Assembly: GCA_965645245.1 (NCBI GenBank)
Contig: OZ287070.1
Location: 186,001 to 250,000 of the forward strand
DNA: 64,000 nucleotides
From: Massalongia carnosa
Lineage: Eukaryota
Reading direction: 5' to 3'
Position numbers and translations under genes: made by a program. Of this stretch, positions 12,703 to 24,179 are shown piece after piece. Below the pieces are notes generated by a model, which was not told the DNA's origin, searched no databases, and saw nothing but the letters and a program-made list of their open reading frames with translations. The stretch's first letter is position 1. Every line of letters begins with the position of its first letter.

Positions 12703-13208
12703 ATACCACATGGGTACTAGCGCAGTAGAGGATATATAAGGGCAGGTTCGGGTTGTCGATTGTCTTTTCTCTTCTTTATCTTTATTGTATTCGTTTCTAG
12801 CGTCCCTATGACTTGTATCTAGGTAGACCATAACACAAAACACGTATCGTAAACTAATTATTCAGAAGGTTTCATATTTTCTTGTTTGATAATAAAATCA
12901 AATTCGATCTCAATATTCTCGATCGAAGACGATGAATTGATAAAAATCAATTGAAACTTCAAAAAGCAATTCGCGAGACAAAGAAAATCATATTTAATTT
13001 TTTTGAAAGCATCGTCGAGTTTTAACGAATGACGAATTTCGAAAATCTTGATATTAATGATAGCGATTTAGGCGAAGCGTTGTAGGGGGGTGGAACGGTG
13101 ATACTCTAAATTCAAATCGCTAGCGGTTCGGGAGTTGGTTCTTTTCGGCTGATACTCGGTAAAGGTAGCGGGGAAGTCAGGTGACAGTCTTTCTTTTAGT
13201 TTAGTTAT

Positions 13209-13480
13209 TGTTGAATATCCAATTCCTACCAGTACAATGAACACCTATCAGTATGGTGAATATAGCACCTACGGCTGCCCTAGATTGACAAATCATCTAC
13301 GGAAACCGTAGATGCCGCATTAGGCTTAGTCCCAAGATAAGATAAGATCACCTCGCTTAGAAGGGTGACCAGTAATAGGAAATGATTGCTGCCTAGCAAC
13401 TCTTCATCCTTAACATCACGGTCATACATACCTTTATTATTATATAGCCATATAGCGGTAGTCATATACCTATTTCAACA
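13209..13480. mobile_element. Solo LTR (TGTTGAA...TTCAACA family)
   Basis: 5-bp TSD GTTAT. Homologous copies at 62524-62809 and, partial and inverted, at 46710-46784. Confidence 0.88.
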
Positions 13481-13864
13481 GTTATAGATAGTTCTTTTCC
13501 TTTTAGAGCAAGCATGCTCGTAGCAATAGCTACACAACACATAGCATCAACACATACAGTTCACAGGCAAGAGGCATGAGGCACGAGGCGCGAGGCTTAC
13601 AGTAATCAGTCTAGCCATTGTTCTTATTCTATTGTTCTATTCTTCTCTTGTTTGTTTGTTCTCTTGCACTCCTAGCAGTAGTGGACCACGCACACTATAA
13701 GAAGGACAGTAGACACTAGTCCTTATGGGTTATAATGCTCAGTGTGACTGCTAATAGATTGGTAGGTGCTAAAGCTAAAAGCTGATTCCCTGAAGATGGG
13801 AATCGAGCTTTCTATATACCCCTTGGGGTCCTATTTACTAACTACTTGTCTGGTTACCTGTCTG

Positions 13865-14020
13865 CCTTGTTGCCTTCAGCTGAGGTCTAGCAGATAACCT
13901 TGTTGCCTTCAGCTGAGGTCTAGCAGATAGCCTTGTTGCCTTCAGCTGAGGTCTAGCAGATAGCCTTGTTGCCTTCAGCTGAGGTCTAGCAGATAGCCTT
14001 GTTGCCTTCAGCTGAGGTCT
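13865..14020. repeat. Tandem array of 33-bp units (~4.7 copies) in TE-derived DNA
   Basis: ccttgttgccttcagctgaggtctagcagatag starts at 13865, 13898, 13931, 13964 and 13997; no spacers. Confidence 0.95.
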
Positions 14021-14699
14021 CCTAGGCGTCCCAGGCCTCCCATGAGATCGAGGCTTATCTGAATAGCTTCAGTTGCTGCCTAACAAACTGGTAAGGCTGA
14101 TTGCTGATGGCTTAGTATTGCTATCCGCCTTATCATGACTAAGCATCCGGATTATCAGTCACCCGGTCTTCTTGGGTGAGTCATCCCAGGAGCTAGCGCA
14201 GTCCTGTATTGCCGCGCTATTATAAATATAATATATAAAGAATTGAAAACACTTGTTGTATAGAGACAATTTCAGTTGAGTAAAGGTCTAAAAAGTCGAT
14301 TTGATAAACCCGAATGTCGATGTAAAATTGGTACGTCACAGAAAACCCAAATATATCATGAGCACCTCGTTATCTTTCCCTAATCGAGGGCATTTAAGAA
14401 ACGCCGATTTACCAAAAAAAAAAACCAAGATTCTCGGTCAGAATGACTTGTTATGAGAATCAATTCTCTTGTAAGACCGCCCGTGTTGCAGGAATATTTC
14501 GACGTTTTTCGGATTTCTTGGAAAAGCTCAACCCTAGAGCTTCTGAGAATGGATGTTGTGCGGGAACAGTGATTTTCCCTTCGACCACGTCACGCGCTTC
14601 GAGCTTTCAAAAATCTATCATTAAATATTGCAAAGCTACTCACAAGAGTCGTAGTTCTATTGTTTGAACTTGGATTTAGGCTCGTCTTTCTTGACGAGG

Positions 14700-14840
14700 T
14701 CTGTATAATGCATGCATGCAGATCCAGAACAGCACCCAGGAGTGCTCTAGATCATGCAGAAAGCTGCGTGGATCGCCATCAAGGGCGCCAATGATCATGA
14801 ATAAAATTTTATGTCTTGCATGCTTGGAGGTTCTCGAGGC
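14700..14840 (-). pseudogene. Diverged partial duplicate of the FunK1 kinase C-lobe
   Basis: Translates as FMIIGALDGDPRSFLHDLEHSWVLFWICMH versus FMAIGALAGDPHSFMHDLESFFWVLLWICIH at ~15280-15375. Confidence 0.75.
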
Positions 14841-14977
14841 ACAGCTGTCACTATTTTTAAGCCATACAGATACCTGAAGTACTTTTCGCCACGTAGCTCA
14901 AGTCATGGAAGAACGTGAGAATAGAGATTTACTAAACGTAGCGAACGCAGCTAGCATTGATGCTAACAAGGCTTGAT

Positions 14978-17586
14978 TTACACTGTCCCTTCCGTGATAA
15001 GGTTGTCTCGTGCCTTCTCAATCACCGCCTTCATCTGAGTATAAAGGCTCCGATCCTCTGTTTTCCACCGCTTCCCTCCAGGAAAGATGATCTTCCACAG
15101 CTCTTTAACACAGGGCACCAAGTCCTTACAATAACCTGTAACAGAGACCGACATCATCTCATCAAAATCTTTTTCATCAGATACTAGACCCCTTTTCAAC
15201 AATGCAAGTTTCGCGGTAGACTCGTAATTCCAGTCCTTGAAGTCGGCAACGTCATGAAGTTCCTTACCTGGCCCGGTGTAGTGAATGCAGATCCAGAGAA
15301 GCACCCAGAAGAACGATTCGAGATCATGCATGAAGCTATGTGGATCGCCAGCAAGGGCACCGATGGCCATGAAGACTTTGGTGCCGGTCTTTCCCGGAGC
15401 TCCAGACGCCTCCAGCCGGGTGATGTCCACAGCAAGGTCAAGGTCGATCAGGAACCCATCACTTTCATCGTCCTTAAGGAGGATATTTCCAAGTGATATA
15501 TCGCGGTGGAGTATATCAGCCTGGTAGAGAGACTCGTGCCCTGCACTCGTTAGCTACACATACAAATCAATTGATTAGCTCACCTTTGATGCCTCCAAGT
15601 AGCCCTGTGATTATCGCTGCAGGACAGTTCGCCTCACGAAGCGGTTTACCAGGACTCTGAGTTATGATGCGACGACGGACTTTGTCGTTCGTCGATCGAT
15701 TGTCGCCCTCTCTAGCAGTCATGATTGATCGTGAGCGCTTTCGTGCTGGTTCTAGTGCCTCGATCTGACTTAATGGCCTCTTTCGGGACGTCTGGCTTTG
15801 TTGGCTTGCTGAGCCAACCGAATTTACACATTGAGTCTTGGTTAGTTCAGGCGCTCGGCTGGATCTAGCCATTACCGGGGAAGCGGAACCTTGACTAGAT
15901 TTAACCACTAAAGGGAAACCGGACGCTTTGCTGGATGTTGTAGTTTCAGGTGAAAAGAAACCGGGTTGTGTGAACGGGTTGCTACCAGCTTCAGTTGACA
16001 TGCCATTTCCAACATTTGAGCGAATCAAGTCTTCTTTTTCGTTGAACAAGACCGTTACATGGTGGTAGTATTCAGAGATGTTAGTGGCACCTGCGGCAGT
16101 GGCTTTGCGAATAAGCTCGCCTTCCTCTGGTCGATTGACGTATTGCCAAGAGTCTTTGACTACAAGTGGCTTCTTGGAGTCATCTCCCTCACGGTATGCC
16201 TTCCAGCAAGTCGTCGCTCGGCCGGCTATGCACGCTGCATGAGCTCTCAGCGTTTCGGTGATGATCAGTCGCTCTTCTTTGCCGTCTCTATTAATCTTGA
16301 CGAATCGTTGACCGTCTACCTCCATCAAGTCCGAATCGAAGCCCAACTGTCCATCGTTCATCCAAAGGAAGCTGAGTAAGGTCTTCACAAAGAAAGGACC
16401 ATTTTTATGGATATCAAATGCCACTGAAGTCGTGGCGCCCAGTCGATCAAATTCCCAAAGCCGCATGGTGGATCCACATAGGGTGAGTCCAAGGACAAAC
16501 CGGCGGGAATCTTGGTGTCTGAAGATTTCTCTTGCGTATTTCATGACATCTGACCATGTCTTCTCCAAACCGTCCTGTCCAGAAGATTTGAGTTCAATGG
16601 CAACAAGTACCTGACGCCAAGAAGCTATCTGTTTGTTTGGCTTGGCGGGCACACCGATGCTTTCTCCAGCAAATGCGGCGACACATAGGTTAGGCTTCCG
16701 TTTCACAGCTCCCCGGGCGGGGGTATTGGGTGATGGCACGAACCGGCGTTGGCTTGGTGGCTCGATGCTGGCCTCCTCAAGAAACTTCATAAATTTGCTG
16801 ACGCATCCCTCAAGCGACCGCTGGACGCCTTTTTCATCACCGTCTTCCCAACCACGCTATCCGTAGCCAGTCGTGTAAAAGGGGTCCTTTCCATCGCAAC
16901 ACTTCTTGAAGACGGCAGTTGCTGCATCGTCGACTTGGGGGATTTCAGCAAGGTATGTGGCTATGAAATCGGGATGGTCGAGCTCAAGATTCGACTGGAG
17001 CTCCCACCTGAGCACATTCCTCATCATTTCAACAGGCTCAGATGTGTTTTGAAAGCTACCAGAGCTGAAACAGTTTGATGTGTTCTTGAAAGCTGAAGCG
17101 AAGTTAGGGCCGGAAGGTGGAGGAGTAGTTGGTGGGTGGGTCGGCTTTGTTTGTGCGATTGGGGCGTATACAGCAAGCCAGATTTCTTCATCTTTGACTT
17201 CTCTGATGACAGAGTTCAAGACAGGGGTGACAGACTTGACATCCAACTGGTCGAAATCAATTTGAACCCATAGACCACTAAGATCATCGAATAGAGTTCT
17301 ACCCCCATGTTTGGAGGGAAGTTGATAGGCCACATCTTGACCTTGGATTGCATAGATAAGTCGACGCGCTAGACCCCTGCCATCTGCATCTGTTAACAAG
17401 AATCAATCCAAACGGTCGGGGTCAGACAATACCTTCGCTTGAGACAACTCTCTTGATACTCTCTGAGGAGTTGGCAACGCCGAGTTTGTCGCAAGTGGAG
17501 TGAAACAACTGGCGAAAAGATTCGAGCGCTCCACCGATCGCATAACTTGATATGACGCGAATATCATTGACAGAGAGCTCGATCAT
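14978..17586 (-). pseudogene. Fungal-type protein kinase (FunK1 / Pkinase_fungal), 3 exons, one nonsense codon
   Basis: MRLWEFDRLG, GRATTCWKA, LVVKDSWQ, LHRDISLGNIL, LIDLDLA, TGTKVFMA, HDLESFFWVL. GT-AG introns at 17390-17432 and 15541-15583; in-frame TAG at 16857-16859. Confidence 0.88.
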
Positions 17587-18367
17587 GTCGGAAACTCCTT
17601 TGGTGGGTCGATTGGCTTGGCTTGATGTGAGTCAATAAGCTGGGCGCTGACTTAGTGATGAAAGATAGGTGATACGGTGAAAAATTTGAGTAACATACGT
17701 CAATTTTAGTTACTCGATCAATGGTCCTGATCACCGAATTGGGAAGCTACTGGACAAACGTACTGAAGGCGCGCGTTGTTCGCCTGTGACACTTAACGGC
17801 GTTTAAAAATCCTAAATCCCGCGATTTTGTCTTGTCACGCCAAATAGCCTTAGTAACCCGAAGTTGTAGTCTCGCGCAGCGAGAAAATTTTTTATTTTGA
17901 AGCAATTTAAACCGTCAAATGGAGCATCCTTCAACGAGTAGAGCCGTGCCTGAATTGTCTGATTTGATGTGCTGTGAAGTGTAGGATCGCCGGGCAAAAC
18001 CGACGCCCTGCTTGGCCCTGGTCGTTGCGAAAGTCGACATTTGCGCTTCGCAATCGAACCACAAAGGGGTTTTGCTAGAATTTTGAAACTTGGTTTGCTG
18101 AAAAGAGCTTCTTCTGAATAGAAGAAGCATCTCACCCCGAGTAGAATTAACGTAGCGCTGGTGGCGCGATACGTGGTGCAGTTGCACGCCTCGTCAGAAG
18201 ATGTCCCACCCAGTCACAGGAACGAGAAGGAGGTACTACGGGCACATTACGAGTGATCGCTTCTTAGTAGGAACGGTGTTACAGACCTCCATGGCTAGTA
18301 GTCGTAGAGAGAAAGAAAGGTACCATTGGCCTATCTACGAAGCAGATCCTCTCCAGCGTCAATACGC

Positions 18368-20794
18368 TTAGAGATCTGATGTCCACAGAGAGCCCCAAAC
18401 TGTCAACTTCCCGCGCAATATCCCACAGATCCCTCCCCTGCTCATTCGCCTTCCCTGAAGGATCCATCTCTTGACGTAGAACCGCTCCCTCAGGGCAGGA
18501 GTGTACCTCCACTTAGCCCCGAAGAGGCGGTCCAACTCGTCGAGCGACGTACGCCGGACCCCCTCCACCAACGTCCCCACCGCGAATTCCTCCAACACCG
18601 CCTCCGCCGAGGTCACGCCGCCGAGAATGGGCTCCGCCGGGCAGTCAGGAGGACGTTGAGGCGGCCCCTCTTGAGGGAGGGAGCCACAGGGCGCAGAGAC
18701 CGTAGACGCCTCTCCGGGGACGGAAGTGAGGACGACAGAAGGTGTAGGAAGGAGAGAAGCGACTGCGTCATCGTACGAGGACGCCGACGCAGCAGGCTCT
18801 TCACCAACGGAGTGCGCCGCCGTCGCAAGAGCAGTCGCCTGCCCTCGCCAAGAAGCCTCGTCCAACAGCCAGTCCCTCCGAACAGCCTCCACAGGAACCG
18901 TCAGAAAGGATCGAGGTAGCGTCGAGACCGTGGCCTGCAACTGTGAGAGCTGCGAACCCAGGACTCGAGCTATCTCCTGGGCATTTGCCACCGGCAGCGC
19001 ACTCAAGGTGGTCGTCAGCTGGCTCTGCCCAGAGAGCAACCTCTCCACAGCGTTGAGCGTGCGATCTTGCTTGATCGCAACACCGCTGACCTTGTTACTG
19101 ACGCCATCAACGGAGTCAGCAACAAGAGGCAGCACGCCGTGGATGGCCACGTGCAAAGGTTCCTTTTCTACGGCCTCCAACTCCCGTTTACTTCGCCGCG
19201 AACGTAGGGATCTCTGAAGACTTGGTGTCTCCAGAGCGAAAGCTCAGGAAACTGAGGCTGTAGAAGCGCCGCGTCTTGCAGGAAGACACAACGCAGCCGC
19301 AGCAACATCTCCAGAACCTTCTTCCCTGCCTTATCCGCATCAGGAAAAAGACCGCCTTTGTACGCCGCCAGAGCGTCATCCACCCAAGGCCACACCTGCC
19401 GCTGCAGGGCCAGGTCCGGTGAGTGTCCTCCTCTTCTCAAAAAGTAACTCCCGAGGGAGTTGCCAAAGCCGGCGGCGCGACGCATGTAGACACGCGGCAG
19501 ACGGGTGAGGTAGTTAGTGGCCCCCAGCGCAAGACGAGCCAATGAGCGAGGGCGTCGAGAGGACAGAGGACGACATCTCTGCTCCGCAAAGCATCATGAT
19601 AATGCTGACGGCGCGAGTTGCCCCCGTCCGCCAGAGGAATGCTCTTGCCCTGGCCAATTCGAAGGATCAACGCAAGGCATTCGGACCCCTCGTTAGGAAG
19701 GTCGTAGGCGCAGAGGTCAGGTAGCTCAGCCCTCCGCGTTGACTCCCCCCGCAGCATCATCGAATGCATTAGGAGGAAGTCGAGCGAGTCCGCAGGAGGT
19801 GCCACTCGCCGCCCGCCACGTTCTCCTCCCCCAAAAACTTGCCCCCGGCGAGCAGCATTGCCGACAATTGAGCGGCCTGCTCAGTCGCGTAGCCGTCGGT
19901 GAGGCCGTGAATCGCGCGATCCTCGAACGAGGCCCGCTTATAAGCGCTTCAATCGATGCGTAAGCGCGTCATCAGGGCTTTGATGGCCTTCCCTCTTGGA
20001 TGGGGCACCACCAAATTCTCTTCGAGATGCTGGTCATCGAAGAGGGCGCAGAGGGTAGAAACGTAGCCCGATTCCACGCTATCGGGCGCCAGAGGCCGAG
20101 ATAAAAGATCGTCAGCTTGCTGCAAGACGAGTCAGTAAGTTACAAAAAGAAGATTCTATTCCTGAATTCGAGTTCAGAGGGCGACTCACCGTCTCAACGA
20201 GCTCCTCGCCGTCGGAGAATTCCTCGAATTTTTCCACCTCCTCCACCTCCTCTCCCTCTACCGCTGGCGAGGCTTCCACCGCCTCCATCGCCTTCTCCTT
20301 CCCCCTCTTCAACGCGCGGCGCTTAGCCTGCCGTTGGCGATTCTGATCCCGCCGCCTGGCCTGCGCTGCTGCGCCTGTGAGCTTGGGACGTGGGACGAAG
20401 CGCAGGCGAAGGACAACCTCTTCGAGGGAGAGGAGCATCTTCCGCTCCCACACAAGGACGCCGTCAGGAAAATTGCGACGTCGGCACCACTTCTGTAGGA
20501 TGTTAGCGTAGGCCCAAATTTGCAGGGCATACCTATCGTAGTCACCTCCCACAGATGCCAGCACTTGCGGTACGTCTTAAGGGTGTTGGCCCTCCGATCC
20601 TTCTCCCGCATCCCGCGGACGCGCGTCATGGTGGCGGCCATGGCGGCCTCGTTGTTGCCGTGGGTGGCATAGGCCTGAGACTCACGCTTGACGGCGTCGA
20701 CATCAACGTAAGCCTCAGGAGGAGGCCAAGAAAGAGGCGCCGCCGTCTCCGGATCTGCGACAGCGGGGCCTGCAGCGGAGGGGCCCGGTTCCAT
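18368..20794 (-). mobile_element. CryptonF-like tyrosine-recombinase gene relic (NDC10_II plus C-terminal GCR1_C)
   Basis: LTDGY; DFLLMHSMMLRGESTRRAELPDL; LRCVFLQDAALL..LWRHQVF; C-terminal LDELDRLFGAKWR. Introns at 20493-20545 and 20120-20189; apparent internal deletion near 19520. Confidence 0.78.
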
Positions 20795-21289
20795 CGTGCG
20801 GCCGCCAAAGAGGGTATCCGTGGTATTTAGAACGCTCGTTGATCAGCAAGTCGCTCGCGGCGCAAAATGGGGATAGGTAGGCTTTTTGCAGTTCGACTGA
20901 CTGGGTCGAGGAGAGAAAATCGTGGTATGGAGCTTGGCCATATACAGCGTGACGATTTTGCAGGGTCACGCCTATAAGTGGGTTTAACTATACCCCAAAG
21001 TCACAGGCGATAAGGCCACTTTGCGAAGGACCGCCTCGGATAATGCTGTTTATGACTGTCCCTAAGCATCTCGTAATTTCATAATATGGGCATCCATCAT
21101 GAGCCCCGGGAGGTGCCTGGCAAAGTGCCTAAACAAGCAGATATGGGAGCCAAGGTCTGACCGTTTAGGCTCCTAGATGTGACTGTTTTGTGACTGCTAT
21201 ATAAAGCAGAGAAATAGCCCACATAGACAATTACCTTCAATGACAATCATGCTATTTCACCTACACGTGAATTTATCATTCATCAGAAA

Positions 21290-21544
21290 GGATGTCGAGT
21301 TTACACCAAGCACGATAGCGGCTTTTATGCTATGCTAGGAAGCATCCTTGGGGCTCAGATGCTGCGTATACTGCTAGACCACAAGGCCGCCATTGGATAT
21401 CGGGTGGTGGAGCAGGTCGTTGTTTTAGCGGCGAGGGAGGAGGCAGATACGGAGGAATTCGGCAAGCAACGATCGTTCCTAATCGTGCTATCCGACCCCG
21501 TTCCTCAACCTCAAGCCGCCACGCAAGTCCTGTCTTCCGAGTGA
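21290..21544 (+). pseudogene. C-terminal fragment of a fungal hypothetical protein
   Basis: GFYAMLGSILGAQMLRILLDHKAAIGYRVVEQVVVL looks like a conserved ascomycete C-terminal motif; no N-terminus seen. Confidence 0.4.
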
Positions 21545-22240
21545 TGCGTGTCATGGCATCACTTTTCTTCGCGGTGTCTGAGGCCGGTGACCGACCCGGC
21601 CTCGGCACGGGTGAGAGATTGATCAGAACGATTCACGAGAGCTGTTGCGAATGCACGAAGGGTGGAGGCGAGCTTCGGACGCACGACGGTCCAAAACGTC
21701 GGGGAAGGCTATTCGTGAGCCTGCGACAGCTTGTGGACTGGATCGTTCCTCGGGTCAACCAAGGTAGTGGTCATAATACCACTCACCAACGTTCTTGGAG
21801 ACCAAGTCCGACCCTACACCTCCACGCGGTGTCTCCGGGTGCCACTCTTCGTCAATTGAGAGATGGCAGCAGAGTAGGGCGGCACTACCAATGAGGTCAA
21901 CAAAGCGCTGATAGACATCACGATTGCACTGTCAAGTTTCCCTCAAGCAAGTGTCTTTCAATGCATCTTCAGTTGACCAGAATGAAAAATGTTGCAAAGC
22001 ATCGAGCACACTTTCGGGCAGGTGTGACGCAATAAAGTTTTCGACGGAATTATTTACCCGAAAATTTCATCTTCAACGTTACAATACGAGTTAAGGACAT
22101 TCAGTTATTCAGACTTCAACTTCGTGCTTCATGAATAGTCATTTCGCTTTCTGTTACGGATACTTCTATCCGTTGAGCGTTCTACACAGGATTAATTCCT
22201 TCTCTGCTCCCGCATTGCTAGTGAGGACTGAGCTGCCATA

Positions 22241-23580
22241 ATGCCCGAATCTCCCTACAACCCTGCATCTTCGGATTCTACACTCGAGCCCTCATCCCAG
22301 AATAGTTCCGCCAACGCTGTCTCTCCTACGCGTCAATTCTCGCTAGGCCCTTACACCAGCGCGAAGAAGCCGGAAATAACCACACAAACGACTCTCGACC
22401 CATGGAAGCAGGCACAGAGTGCCCTGTACGTAAACGACCGAGAATGGTTCCGCCTTCCTACCAACGAGCCACTAAGCTGGGGATGAGGGCCAAGCTGAGA
22501 GTTGAGCTTGAAAAGTACTACCATTACTGTAGAAAAGACGTAAATCAGCATCAAAAGGCGAGAAGGAGTTGGACAAGTGAGCAGATGTTCAGCTTGACGA
22601 GTACCATAGCGTCACTAAAAGCTATTGGATGCCAGTGCCTTAATGTTCTGCAATAAACCTACGACGCTCTATTGGACACATTCCGTTCAAATACGGGATA
22701 GGTGTCCATTGCTGCCTTTCGGATGTATTTACAAGGAATGGCATGGTTGCAACAACGATGACCCGAATATCGAGTTTGGCCACTTCTTCGCAAATCCTGT
22801 GCGTATTACTGCCATTGGTCCCCCGACGATATTGGCCATTCTCATGGCACACGAGGCCTTTTGCGAGCAAACATCTTCACTCCTCGATAAGATCAAACAT
22901 GACGAAGCCGGTGAGCTCGGCCTCGCTTGATGGCCGGACCCTCGTAATTTCAAATTGTTTCCGCTTTGTCGAGCAATAGTTATGATCCTCGACGAGCTTC
23001 CTCAAGACTATGACCCCGAAGGAGGATATGTATACGTGGATAAAGTTATACCGAGGCAAAATCTGGTAATAGTTTCTTTAAGCACGCCAATTGGATTCGA
23101 TAGCATCAAAGCACAGTCAATTCCACTCGCAAGGCCCGACGCTGATGAAAGCATCAAAGCTATCCGGGTTCTCTTGTCGACAGCTATATCATTTATCCCC
23201 TAACTACATTGAAGGGAAGAAGCTGCCTTTCCAGACTTAAAACCAAGCTCGATTGATCGCTCGCTCAGCTCAGAGGAGTGTGTTCCTTCACCCAGTGCTC
23301 CCAGCGCTGACGAGTGGGCTGATGGAGCCTTGCAAGCAGCTGATGAGAACGAGATCGACAATATCATCAAAGTGGCGGAACGAGGGGAGATATATCATCC
23401 GTTGGAGTCCGAACCATTCACTCCAGCCTGGAGGTGAAACAATAGCACAGTGTGCTTTACGCAACGCCGCGTCTTTTGCAGACGTATGAGAGTTGCCGCC
23501 GCCATTAGTCTCTTCGATAAATGACAGGAATACATTGATACGGATTCGCCTATCGTCGTTTGTCTTATGTTTCATGGTTA
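22241..23580 (+). pseudogene. Fragmented hypothetical gene of unknown family
   Basis: Chain of consecutive + strand ORFs (22402-22656, 22625-22930, 22955-23203) with protein-like composition and no TE motif recognised. Confidence 0.3.
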
Positions 23581-24179
23581 TTCTAGATGATCGACGGCAA
23601 CGAAACTAAATATGACTTCAAAGTCGACCTTATTCAACACTCAGGTACTCATCATCTCAACATGAAACAAACACGAGACTATGCGGAGAGCAAGCAATTT
23701 AAACGATGTCAATCGCAACTGAGTGTATTGTAATCAAATACATGTAGATTCATGAAGCATTGTACCAAAACTCAAGGTTTTATCCTTATGATAGTTTTAT
23801 AGTTGTAGATAGAGCGAATTATCATTGGTAGAAGCGCTGCTAAGCTGTTTCGAGGGCCTTGGCTTCATCTAAAACCTGGAGAGCAGTATGCAACATTATT
23901 CCCAAGCGAACCAACAATTCCACAAACTCCCTGGTCCACTCCTGACACTGCTTGCTCTGTAAAAGGAGAACTATATCAGCCAGGGACATATGAGGGAAGA
24001 TATCAACCATACCACCGCTGGATTCATTGGTTCGTTGCTAACACCAGGGGGAACGATTGTCTTGGCCTCGTTCTCCAGACTATCCTTCGGGTCTGAATCC
24101 AACGATTGAGCGCCTTCTGGAGAGTCTTGGATATGTTCATCATCTACAGTTATAGATATGGGCAGCCAACCTCTGTATA

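Noticed and set aside
12703..12832. Continuation of the pogo element or a TSD to the right of the Gypsy element
   Set aside because: The sequence looks like an unrelated LTR end (TATA-like, ends ATAACA) and matches neither the pogo nor the left flank.
13865..14020. 33-bp repeats (and the 44-bp repeats at 37420-37685) as a CRISPR array
   Set aside because: Head-to-tail units without unique spacers, no cas genes, eukaryotic context.
18368..20794. Starship captain (DUF3435) tyrosine recombinase
   Set aside because: The motifs fit NDC10_II/GCR1_C (CryptonF); no Starship-type boundary or accessory genes were recognised.
18613..20969. Many overlapping short ORFs on both strands
   Set aside because: Shadow ORFs of GC-rich Crypton coding sequence; the same applies to antisense ORFs over the Copia elements and 44149-46092.
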